A stretch of 63,276 nucleotides of DNA, counting the filler, from Basidiobolus ranarum (lineage: Eukaryota), in assembly GCA_040143965.1 (NCBI GenBank). It is 54 parts of 54 records of this genome, joined end to end, with 100 filler letters (N's around TTAATTAATTAA, not from the genome) between each part and the next. Parts side by side here need not be neighbours in the genome. Positions count along the whole stretch, not along the records: positions 23,547 to 24,621 come from JASJQH010006548.1; positions 24,722 to 25,795 come from JASJQH010006549.1; positions 25,896 to 26,969 come from JASJQH010006550.1; positions 27,070 to 28,143 come from JASJQH010006551.1; positions 28,244 to 29,317 come from JASJQH010006552.1; positions 29,418 to 30,490 come from JASJQH010006553.1; positions 30,591 to 31,663 come from JASJQH010006554.1; positions 31,764 to 32,836 come from JASJQH010006555.1; 46 more parts are not named here. The stretch is one strand, 5' to 3'. The notes beneath the pieces are model-generated. The model saw nothing but the letters and a program-made list of their open reading frames with translations. It was not told where the DNA came from and did no database searches. Shown piece by piece: positions 23,547 through 33,428 of this stretch; position 1 is the stretch's first letter; every line of letters starts with the position of its first letter. A program made the translations under genes and the position numbers.

Positions 23547-24621
23547 GAGGGCCATTCAGGGCCTCTTTTACAGTCTGGGGTTCATGTATTTGAGCTGGGC
23601 AGGCATAGGCCCAATTTTGGGACTCATTGATATAGTAATCAGGGCTATTTCTGATCCAATTTAAGCTCCTGGTTTGGGCTAAAGATACTACAACTTCTGG
23701 CATTGCATTGGGCACTTCAGTAGGCAAAATTTGATCGAAGGGTCCACAGGAATGCTGTGTTCTTCATTGTTCTGGTTTGAATCAATTTGAATGATTGAAT
23801 CAGGAGAAAATTGATTTTTGTCATCATATGAGGTCATTTTGGGTGAAAATTTTTCATTTTCATTAAACAAAACATCCCTAGACTTGATTAACTTGGAAGT
23901 TTTGGCATCATAAAATCTGTAGGCCTTAGTTTGAGTATAATCATCCAGAAATATGCATTTCTTACTTTTTGGATCAAATTTAGACCAATTTTTGGTCATA
24001 ATTTTGACATAAGCAATGCATCCAATGATCCTGAAATGTTTGACATCAGGTTTAACAACTAACCAAGCTTGATATGGTGTAGAGTTAGACAGACTTCTAG
24101 TAAAACTCCTATTCTTCAGATATACATCTGTAGCAACAGATTCCACCCTAAAGTTATGAGATAAATTTTGTGCATTTATCATAGATCTTGCCATTTCTAT
24201 TAAAGTCCTGTTAGCTCTTTCAGCAACTCCATTTTGTTGAGGTGAATAGGTGCAGTAGTTTCTTGCTTAATTCCACAAACTTTACAAAAGTGCTTAAATA
24301 GTGTTGAGGTATATTCTCCACTGTTATCAGTATGTATTTTCTTGACTTTAGTTCCAGGTTCAGTCTTCACAAGTGTATTAAAATCTTTAAAGATAGTGAG
24401 AGCTTCTTCTTTTCTTTCCATCAAGTAGACCCAAGTGTATCTTGTATAAGTGTCAACAAATGTGATTCAATATATTTTTCTGCCTAAAGATAAATGTTGC
24501 ATTGGTCCACACAAATCTGAATGAATTAGATCCAATTTTTTGACAGATTTAATTACACCAGAGCTCTTGAACAGTTGCCTGGCTTGTTTTCCATATATAC
24601 AACCCTCACAAATTTCCATTT
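23547..24621 (-). mobile_element. Copia-2 integrase to RT linker
   Basis: IHSDLCGPM, TDNSGEY, QQNGVAERANR and EPQTVKEALNGP. Confidence 0.92.
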
Positions 24622-25212
24622 NNNNNNNNNNNNNNNNNNNNNNNNNNNNNNNNNNNNNNNNNNNNTTAATTAATTAANNNNNNNNNNNNNNNNNNNNNNN
24701 NNNNNNNNNNNNNNNNNNNNNAGAGTTATTAACCTTCAATATATTTCTTGAACTCTATTAGAAGTTATATTTGACAAGATTATTGCTAATCTTTCCATAG
24801 AAGAGGTCAAAGAACATCTTGAATGGGGCTCTTTGATCATACTTTCAGACAGCATATTGACAGCCCTCTTTTTGCACCTTTCTCTTTGGAAAAGGAACTC
24901 TTAGCAAGATTCACCAGTCTGCTAAAAAACTCACCCTCTCTTCAAGTCACCAATTTTCTAAGAAATTACTACAGTGAACAAGCAGTTGAACTTCATTCCC
25001 CACTCAACTTTGACATTCAACATCTGTGGGAAATAGCAAACTCTAAGGTTTTCAACTAACCTTAGGATTTCCATACTTTGTTACTTTCTTTATATTTTAA
25101 CTTCAACTTTTATTGTTAGCATATTATACTACATTGGCTTATTTGTTTAATAGTAGTTTATCTAGTTATTAAATAAATATTACACCTTGTGGTGTTTATC
25201 ATCCCCCTAAGA

Positions 25213-25396
25213 GTTTGAAATTTCCAATATGGAATTGCTAATTCTCACAATATTCACATATATATAATGTATGTTCCAATTTTTAGCTAAGGGATATTTG
25301 ACTAAGTAATGTTAACTAACTTATATGTGATATATTAAATAGTTAGGTGTATAAAGATAGAGATAACAAATATGATAAAGACAATAAACTTAAACA
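25213..25396 (-). mobile_element. LTR-A 5' half
   Basis: Homologous to 29700-29876. Confidence 0.85.
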
Positions 25397-25795
25397 ATTA
25401 GAGTTGCTTTACTCAGGGCAAGAGTTCTACTCCAACTAAATGACTGCAGAAATCCACTGATCAAGAAGTGGCTAGCCACAGCTTCTTCAAATGCACTATC
25501 ATGCTGGAAGTTGATACAAGATGGTCCTCTTGTTTCTGAGTTAGCTTTACAGCTGCATGAAACAAAACAGCCTGAAATTGTTGCTATAGACTTCCAGCTA
25601 GACCTTTGGAAGCAATACCTTGCCTCAAAGACACCCTTCTTGATTCCCATTATTCCAGGTTTTTGTCCTATTGTGCTTCTAGTTTGTACTGAGTACCTTC
25701 CTTTCTGCTTACCACCTTTGCCTCTTAACACTATATTTACATCCTCTGAACTTGAATATATTGGTCATCAGGTTAAGTATGGATATGATCCAGTA
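25397..25795 (+). other. Unclassified CpG-depleted open frame (133 codons), probably TE-borne
   Basis: Open from the LTR junction to the contig end (IRVALLRARVLL…YGYDPV). No recognisable motif. Confidence 0.35.
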
Positions 25796-25895
25796 NNNNN
25801 NNNNNNNNNNNNNNNNNNNNNNNNNNNNNNNNNNNNNNNTTAATTAATTAANNNNNNNNNNNNNNNNNNNNNNNNNNNNNNNNNNNNNNNNNNNN

Positions 25896-26539
25896 AGTTT
25901 AATTACTGAAGGATTATAAGTCATACAATTAACAAGTGTTTTCCACTAGTACCAGGTCTGTGGTAAGCAACAGTTGCTAATCAACTGTAGTAAAAGTGTA
26001 AGAAAACCAATAAACACCTGGTTTCTAAGATTGGATTGAACTCTCCACTCCTCAATAATCAAAGCTGCTTCCTTTACAGTAAGTGTTATGAGTGGACTAA
26101 TGTTTGCCAACAACAAAGAGTCCATGACAAAACCATTGACTTCTTCTTCAACTTCTGATATACTACCATTGCTATGGGAATAACCAAGGTCAACATCTAG
26201 CAGCAAGTCCTCAAAGTTTTCTGGACTTACTGGTTTGACCAAAGTTGCATTTTGACCTACAACATTCTGGTCATATAACTGTGGTAACTCCACAGTATCT
26301 TGACTTTTGGCAGTATTACCAAAACTTTGAGGCAAACTACAGTCAGTCAACTCAATAGGCAAAACTAAAGTCAATTTAGTGCACTTATTACTGTTGTTAT
26401 ACTCCAGGCTTTGTGCAGCTGGTGGCTTTGTACAGTGACCGTGCTTGTGATTATGTTTTCTATGAAGCCTCCAGCTTTCATAGCACAAGAGTTTGCAACA
26501 ATAATAGCAGGGCTTCTTTAAATGTTTGTTTTGCAGCAT
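25896..26539 (-). mobile_element. CACTA transposase N-terminus (Cys/His-rich start)
   Basis: MLQNKHLKKPCYYCCK…CCLPQTWY. Joins the tnp2 core through overlap with 42665-43388. Confidence 0.8.
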
Positions 26540-26751
26540 AAGAAGGATATTGTAGAAAAAAGAATACCTCCCACTTAAGGGTGGTATTTTAGGTATAGCC
26601 CATCAATATCATCAGCTGATAACAAGACAGTGTCACAGATGAGTCATCAAGGGATTTACAAGATATTTCCAGTAATAGATGGCAATTTTGGTTTATTATA
26701 AGCTGTTTATAAGCAATTTCATTACACCAAGTTTGCCCTCTGACAGATTCC

Positions 26752-26969
26752 ATGCCATTCAAAAAGCATTCAAAATCTAAGTCAAAATTGGCTTCCAAAC
26801 CAAAGCCTGCTGACACAAAAGGAAAAAAACCAGCAAGAACAGAGGACTTAATCAATGAGCAGTCTAGTGATCCACTATCCACTTTGGAAGGCATTAACAT
26901 GCTGGAAACTAATTCCAGTAATGATGAAGCATTAATCAATTTACCTGATGTGTTCCTTTCCAGTAATAG
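26752..26969 (+). mobile_element. CACTA ORF2 N-terminus (basic, NLS-like), divergent from the transposase
   Basis: MPFKKHSKSKSKLASKPKP. The ATG is conserved at 49719(-) and 59623(+). Confidence 0.7.
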
Positions 26970-27069
26970 NNNNNNNNNNNNNNNNNNNNNNNNNNNNNNN
27001 NNNNNNNNNNNNNTTAATTAATTAANNNNNNNNNNNNNNNNNNNNNNNNNNNNNNNNNNNNNNNNNNNN

Positions 27070-27770
27070 GATAGTTTCAGGGAGTCCATGTAGGTGGAAG
27101 ATGCTTTGAGTTACCAATTCTGCTCTTTGTTTTGCATCAATTGAATTGTTGCAGAGCACAAAGTGGGCCATATTTGTTAGATGGTCAACAATTACAAGAA
27201 TTGAATCATATTTGGCAGACATGGGTAGCTCAGTTATGAAATCCAGAGATATGGATTTTCACTGCTGATCAGGAATTGAAATTTGCTGCAGGAGGCCATA
27301 GGGCTGATGACTTGGAGTCTTCACTCAAGCACAAGTATCACAGGTGGAAACATAAGTCTTGACAAATGCAAACATTTTGGGCCACCAATAATCCCTGGAT
27401 GCCAACATATATGATTTGGCAACACCAAAGTGTCCTGCCAGTAGTGAGTCATGTCTTTCCTGCATGATTTTGAGTCTAGAAGTGTGGTCTGGATTGTAAA
27501 GGTGCTTCTTATAAAACAAGAGATCATTGATGCTAGAGAAATAGTGGTACAGGTTCAAGCATGAGAGGTCTTTGGGTGTGTCCTGGGCTTTCTTGATTGA
27601 TATTACCAATGCGTCTTCAGATTGGAGTTAACAGATGTCTTCATGGAATGTGTTTGTACTAGGAGGAGAAAGGGCAGTTGCACTAATTTGAAGTTGGTGG
27701 GTCTTCAGTAAGGAAGTATTTTGTTGGCAAAAGGCTTCATCCCCTTCTTTAGGCTGATATTCTGCTCTAC
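27070..27770 (-). mobile_element. Gypsy integrase (HHCC zinc finger and core start)
   Basis: HDSLLAGHFG…YWWPKM…CDTC, ISLDFITELP and ILVIVDHLTNMAHF. Confidence 0.9.
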
Positions 27771-28143
27771 ATTGTTGTTGTTTTAGGGTGTAAGCAGCAA
27801 CTATAACTGCAATATCTAAGGATTTTGTGAGGTGTCCAAAGGGTGCAATAACCACGGTTGAATAACTCTGGGATGTACTGTAATATGGGTCTTTCTCTTG
27901 CCTCCAGGGTCTTTGTGAAAGGGAATCAAGCCTCTAGCAATGTCAAAGGACAGATAAACCACAATGCAATGTCCAGCTTTCTGTTGAATAATATGCTGGC
28001 ACCTGACAAAAGAATATGCTGGCTTCAGCATCCTTTGAGAATGATCAGACAAATAGGATATATCCAATCAAAAACAACTGTAAGCTCAGCCAGCAGGGTC
28101 TTGACCAAGGATGCACTAGTAGTGATTTATCCAAAGATATGAA
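27771..28143 (-). mobile_element. Family-F LTR end plus 5' internal region
   Basis: The 27888-28143 part is a reverse-complement homologue of 31405-31663. Confidence 0.7.
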
Positions 28144-28243
28144 NNNNNNNNNNNNNNNNNNNNNNNNNNNNNNNNNNNNNNNNNNNNTTAATTAATTAAN
28201 NNNNNNNNNNNNNNNNNNNNNNNNNNNNNNNNNNNNNNNNNNN

Positions 28244-28432
28244 GGCAGGACGCATTCTACCACGCATATATGGGTCAACTGACATATACAAGTTGCGAAG
28301 GAGAACATCATTCTCATTGAGAGTGACAGAGTTGGCATCGAATTCTTTGGTGACTAACTCGATGTCTTTGCCAACGACAGGCATACCCTCAGGGACTTGT
28401 TTGAAGATTACTTGAGTGTTGTTGGAAGTCAT
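28244..28432 (-). CDS. NADP-dependent alkenal/enone reductase (PTGR1/LTB4DH-like MDR), N-terminus
   Basis: VLLRNLYMSVDPYMRGRM signature. TATATAAA about 55 bp upstream. Confidence 0.9.
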
Positions 28433-29211
28433 GTTATTGAGTTTTTGATTTATAGTGATATGAGTTTAGTACAGGAAAATCTCTACTTTATATAGATAAC
28501 TTTCTTTCCAAACCTTCTTTGAATCCTTCCATTCAATTAGTAAGCACTCTTTGGAACAAGGTAGTTTGTGAAAATTCAGTTGCATTTTTTTCAACATTGA
28601 TCGCTAAGCATCTAAGCTCAAATATCCATCTGATCAACTATATAGATGACGAGTTCTTTACTAGTTAGTAACTTCACTCGCTTCGTGGTTAATGGATACC
28701 TCGGTAACTCGGAACATTATCCCGATAGCTTAAAAACGTATTTGTGACCTCAACAATAGGATAGGTGATATTTGAGTTTTCAAGAATTATTATGAGAACC
28801 AATACCATTTATTTACATTACAACAAAATTGATTCTCACCTTTGGCCATATACAAAACCATCAAATTTCATTAACTCCACTATGGGTAGAACAGAGAGGA
28901 CATTACATTCGTTTCTCTTTGCGAATAAAAAGATACTCTAAACTTTTGATTTACTTGAATTTAAAACGATGCTTACGAATGACCACATGTTGCTAACGTT
29001 AGTTAAGAGACGACCCTTAATATTTATCTCGGAAGTTTGGTTATATTAGGTCAATTAATCGCTAAATGACCAAAATTAAGGCTCAAAGCAGCCCGATATT
29101 AATTCCAGAATGTATGAACTCGAATTTGTTGAGAATTGTTCATCGTTTATTATAACATTGATTGTCTATGCTGGAGTGTGATTGATTTACATTTTGATTT
29201 CATTGCTTGAT

Positions 29212-29317
29212 TTAAAGATCAGCAAGCTTCACAACTTGCTTACCAAAGTTTTCACCTCGAAGAATACGGAGGAATGCTTCAGGTGCGTTCTCGATACCTT
29301 CCATTTTGTCTTCCTTG
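29212..29317 (-). CDS. PTGR1/LTB4DH-like reductase C-terminus (upstream tandem paralogue)
   Basis: KEDKMEGIENAPEAFLRILRGENFGKQVVKLADL* is the family's C-terminal signature. Confidence 0.88.
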
Positions 29318-29507
29318 NNNNNNNNNNNNNNNNNNNNNNNNNNNNNNNNNNNNNNNNNNNNTTAATTAATTAANNNNNNNNNNNNNNNNNNNNNNNNNNN
29401 NNNNNNNNNNNNNNNNNCTTGGATTTTGGAAAATTTCTGTAAAGAATTCAGCCAATATATCCCTGATTTGCAGTCAACATATGTCCTGCCAGAAGTAGAT
29501 GTGTCAT

Positions 29508-29876
29508 TATTGGGAAAATATGGGCTGTTTGGAGGAGCTTTAGAAAAGTGGAGTTGTGAATAGCTTTGTGAGAAAATTATTTATTGTCCAGAAATAAAGC
29601 ATTTATACATTTTGGTAGAAATACAGAAAACTAACACTGAGGTTGTGTTCAGAACATCTGTGGGAGTAAAATGAGCTGTCTATGGGGCAATTTGGATGGG
29701 TTTGAAATTTCCAATATGGAATTGCTACATTATTTACATATATAGAATATATGTTCTGATTTTCAGCTAAGTAATATTTGACTAAGTATTGTTAACTAAC
29801 TGATATGTGATATATGAAATAGTTAGGTGTATAAGGATAGAGATAACAAATATGATAAAGACAACAAACTTCAACA
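29508..29876 (-). mobile_element. Complete 3' LTR-A with PPT (29877-29890), inserted in the CACTA transposase C-terminus (29418-29507)
   Basis: TAGTTGAGTGGGAG|TGTTGAAG…CCCAATA. The flank matches 62458-62546. Confidence 0.9.
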
Positions 29877-29887
29877 CTCCCACTCAA

Positions 29888-30490
29888 CTAAATATTCATA
29901 TATCTTAATCCTAACTTAAACCTTAATTCTTCATATTTTGGCTTGGGTAATGGTTTTATAAGGATGTCAGCAATCATGTCCTCAGTTGGACAGTACTCCA
30001 GTAGGACATGCTTATTCTCAAGAGCTTCCCTAACAAAGTGATGTTGAACATTAATGTGCTTACTTCTGGCTTGAAATTTGGGATTTTTAGCTAAAGAACT
30101 ACAACTTTGATCATCCTTAAAATTTATGCAGGGTGTACTTTGAAAAATGCCCAAGTCTTTGAACAATTTCGTTGACCACATAGCCTCCTTTGTTGTATGT
30201 GATGCTGCCATGTATTCTGCTTCAGTTGTTGAAAGTGCTATGGTGGGTTGTTTCTTGCTATTCCAAGAGATTACTGCTTTGCTGTGGAGAAAGGTATATC
30301 CAGTGATAGATCTCTGTCCTCAATATCACATCCCCAATCTGCATCACTAAGCCCAATTAGAACCTTATTCTCATAAGAATATGTGTATCTTAATCCCAGA
30401 TCAATTGTCCCCTTCAAATATCTGAAAATCCACTTAACTGCTGCATCATGCTCAGATCCTGGGTTTTGCACATGTTGGCTAACTACTCCC
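29888..30490 (-). mobile_element. Copia-1 RT end and RNase H
   Basis: IFRYLKGT, SDADWG, ALSTTEAEYMA, ARSKHINVQHHFVRE and ADILIKPL. Confidence 0.93.
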
Positions 30491-30590
30491 NNNNNNNNNN
30501 NNNNNNNNNNNNNNNNNNNNNNNNNNNNNNNNNNTTAATTAATTAANNNNNNNNNNNNNNNNNNNNNNNNNNNNNNNNNNNNNNNNNNNN

Positions 30591-30700
30591 TTTCTGTTTG
30601 GCCATCAGATTGGGGATGGAAGGCAGTGGAGAGATTGGCAGAGATACCCAAGGTATGGAGGAGGCTTTTCCAGAATTTGGAAGCAAACTGAGGTCCTTGG
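30591..30700 (-). mobile_element. Gypsy integrase core fragment
   Basis: [13 protein letters not shown]…[13 protein letters not shown]. Confidence 0.9.
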
Positions 30701-31430
30701 TGTAGTGGGTTAGCATTGCTACCCACTGGCAGGTTGACTTATTTCCACTCCAAGCTCATATCATTACTATTACACAATTTCTATTTTATTATCCTTATTT
30801 GACTTACCCATATTTTCTGGCCAATCATATCACACTATTAGTATTATCCCCTATTACTTCAGATTTATCAGTATTGACCCACCTTAGCCCTATTATTTTC
30901 TGGAAAATTCTACAATCTTCTGGAACATTACACAGGATTCTTGGAATATTTGATGATTGATTGAGTTTTGATCAATCAAAACTTGATTTTGCCGGAACAT
31001 TCCATGACTTTCTGGATTATTCTACAACCTTCTGCAACATTCCATGAATTACTAATCTTATGATTTATGGAGATATCATAACCCCAGATCCCCACCAATT
31101 GAATTCTCTGGAATATTCCAGAAATTCTCATTAGTAATCATTTCTACCATCCAAAAAGTCTAAATAGGAGCCATATCTTTTCAAATATAAATCATCCTGA
31201 TTTTCAAATAACAATTACTATTTGTGATCACTGCTTACAAGACCTTTGAAGAAGAAGCTCAAGAGAGACCACTAGAGGCAGTTACAGGCTACTGTGTGAC
31301 TAGAAAGGACTTGACCAGCTCAAAGGAAGTACTGACAGGGAGGTGTTATATTTCTGATACTTTATATTTTTTTCCCTAGCTTTGTCTGCATAGGCATGGA
31401 ACTTTTCATATCCTTGGATAAATCACTACA
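30701..31430 (+). mobile_element. LTR-F (730 bp) 5' LTR inserted in gypsy integrase; internal region follows to 31663
   Basis: Perfect 7-bp terminal inverted repeat TGTAGTG…CACTACA and TATAAA at 31186. The 3' boundary is mirrored at about 28118. Confidence 0.75.
30897..31124. promoter_or_regulatory. Heat-shock-element-like nGAAn/nTTCn arrays in LTR-F
   Basis: tTTCt gGAAa aTTCt aCAAt cTTCt gGAAc (30897-30926) and a perfect gGAAt aTTCc aGAAa (31110-31124). Confidence 0.6.
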
Positions 31431-32315
31431 GGTGCATCCTTGTTGAAGACCCTGCTGGCTGAGTTTACAGTGGCTTTTGATTGCCTATACCCTTTCTATC
31501 TGAGCATTCTCAAAGGACATTGAAACCAGTATATCTTTTGTCAGATTCCAGCATATTATTCAACAGAAAGCTGGACATTGCATTGTGGTTTATCAGTCCT
31601 TAGACATTCCTAGGGGCTTAATTCCCTTTCACAAAGACCCAAGAGGCAAGAGACAGACCCATANNNNNNNNNNNNNNNNNNNNNNNNNNNNNNNNNNNNN
31701 NNNNNNNTTAATTAATTAANNNNNNNNNNNNNNNNNNNNNNNNNNNNNNNNNNNNNNNNNNNNTTGGTACTTTAAAGTAAACCGATCACCAGTAACTATG
31801 AAACGTGGTGTTTTGCATTGATCGAAGTGTGTGTGTAACACTACTGGAAGTAATATAGCCCCTATGCACATGACAAACTCGATTGATAAATAAATGAGTT
31901 TTTCCTACAGAATCAGTACTGAATTAGATCTAGATAATTTTAGATAGAGAGGGCTCATCTACTCTTCAGTTTGGTAGCTCCTATCAGTAATTGTGTTTGA
32001 TTCAGGAGTAGAATATACGACACGCTTAGCGACAATTGATGCTAAATATATGCTCAAAGACAGAGGTCCAAAGAGAGAAAACATCCTTAAGATTATGCAG
32101 CTATTTGAAGTAAATATAACATATGAATAAAAGTTTACTGACGCTGACCATATATAATGGAGTACACATGTTTAAAACTCTAAGAATGACACATGGAAAT
32201 CGACAATAAGGTACAATGATTAGCAAAGTGGAGTTTATTCATCGAGTTGATTCAGGGTATTATCATTTCTATGGAATGGAACTATATCAAAATCTATAGT
32301 CTAAGAATCAGTTGC

Positions 32316-32836
32316 TTAATATTTGTTATAGTCATCATTTCCACCATGACCACCGCCATATTTTTTCCCATTGCCATCGTAATTATCATCATCATAATCG
32401 TCGCCACCGCCACCTCCGCCATATTTCTTTCCTTTTCCGCCTCCGCGATGATAGTCATCACCGTCATATTCATCATCATAATCACCACCACCACCACCAT
32501 ATTTCTTGCTTCCTCCCCTTCCATGCTTGTAGTTACCTCCGTCACCATGGCCATCGTATTCATCATCGTCATAGTCACTACTACCACCACCACCGTATTT
32601 CTTTCCTTTTCCATGACCGTCACCATGACCATCATATTCATCATCATCGTAGTCGCCATCACCACCATACTTTTTTCCATTGCCATTGCCATGACCGTCA
32701 CTGTCGTATTCATCATAATCATCGTGACCGCCACCACCTCCGTATTTCTTGGTTCTTCCACCACCGTCACCACCATAGCCTACCCCCTTATAGCTTGGAT
32801 CATATGAGCGTTCGAGTACATTAGCACTAATGGCTA
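32316..32836 (-). CDS. Secreted Gly/Asp/Tyr/Lys-rich repeat protein with six KKYGG units (5'-truncated; absent from the ORF track)
   Basis: 172 open codons from the contig end: …AISANVLERSYDPSYKGVGYGGDGGGRTKKYGGGGGHDDYDEY…GKKYGGGHGGNDDYNKY*. Synonymous third-position variation between repeats supports this frame. Confidence 0.85.
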
Positions 32837-33146
32837 NNNNNNNNNNNNNNNNNNNNNNNNNNNNNNNNNNNNNNNNNNNNTTAATTAATTAANNNNNNNN
32901 NNNNNNNNNNNNNNNNNNNNNNNNNNNNNNNNNNNNATCAAGAAATTACAAAAAAGTGAGAAGTCAGAACAAGCAAATCAGGTTTCAACCAAAGTGGAAG
33001 TTTTATTCATTTCTGCCCTGTCAGTGACCTCTGAACAAGATTGTAGGTTGTGGTATATTGATTTGGAGCCTCTCAACATTTCTCTAATCAAAAAAGCTGG
33101 TTTAAGACACTCAAATCTGACATAAACAAGAAAGTTATATGGGAGG

Positions 33147-33428
33147 TGTTGAAATTATTTAGGGAGAAATATTAGTCTGGCCAGGATTTGAACCTGGGAC
33201 CTCCTTCACTCTAACAAGGTGCTCTAGCCACTGAGCTACCAGTCCTTGTATGCTCTGCCTATATTGCTAGGGAACCTTAACCTAGTCTGTCAATGTATGG
33301 TACTTTAGCATTTCAGCTATAAAAGCAACTGATTGGCCTTAGACTTTGCGTTCAGATGCAGTCACCATCCTCCATGTTTTCCTCTTTGGGAATTACTGCT
33401 TGTACAACAAGTCGCCAGACTTTCAACA
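33147..33428. mobile_element. 282-bp solo LTR containing a tRNA-like sequence
   Basis: Perfect 8-bp TIR TGTTGAAA…TTTCAACA and TSD GGAGG/GGAGA. Absent from the homologous copy at about 50910. Confidence 0.85.
33174..33245 (-). tRNA. tRNA-like cloverleaf (probably pseudo-tRNA, Pro-like 3' half) inside the LTR
   Basis: GGACTGG-TA-GCTC-AGTGGCTA-GAGC-A-CCTTG-TTAGAGT-GAAGG-AGGTC-CCAGG-TTCAAAT-CCTGG-CCAGACT (72 nt). D and T stems are perfect, and A and B boxes are present. Confidence 0.75.

Noticed and set aside
32247-32824. His-rich (32312+), hydrophobic (32247+) and Met/Val-rich (32294-) ORFs in the track
   Set aside because: Shadow frames of the Gly/Asp/Tyr codon repeats. The frame ending at 32316 has the signal-peptide end and synonymous variation.
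32316-32836. Opioid or neuropeptide homology (dibasic site + YGG, G-K-K amidation)
   Set aside because: The essential Phe of YGGF is absent and the sequence is low-complexity. The resemblance is probably coincidental.
33174-33245. Functional tRNA-Ser(AGA) gene
   Set aside because: No long variable arm, mismatches in the acceptor and anticodon stems, no T4 terminator, and it lies inside an LTR.
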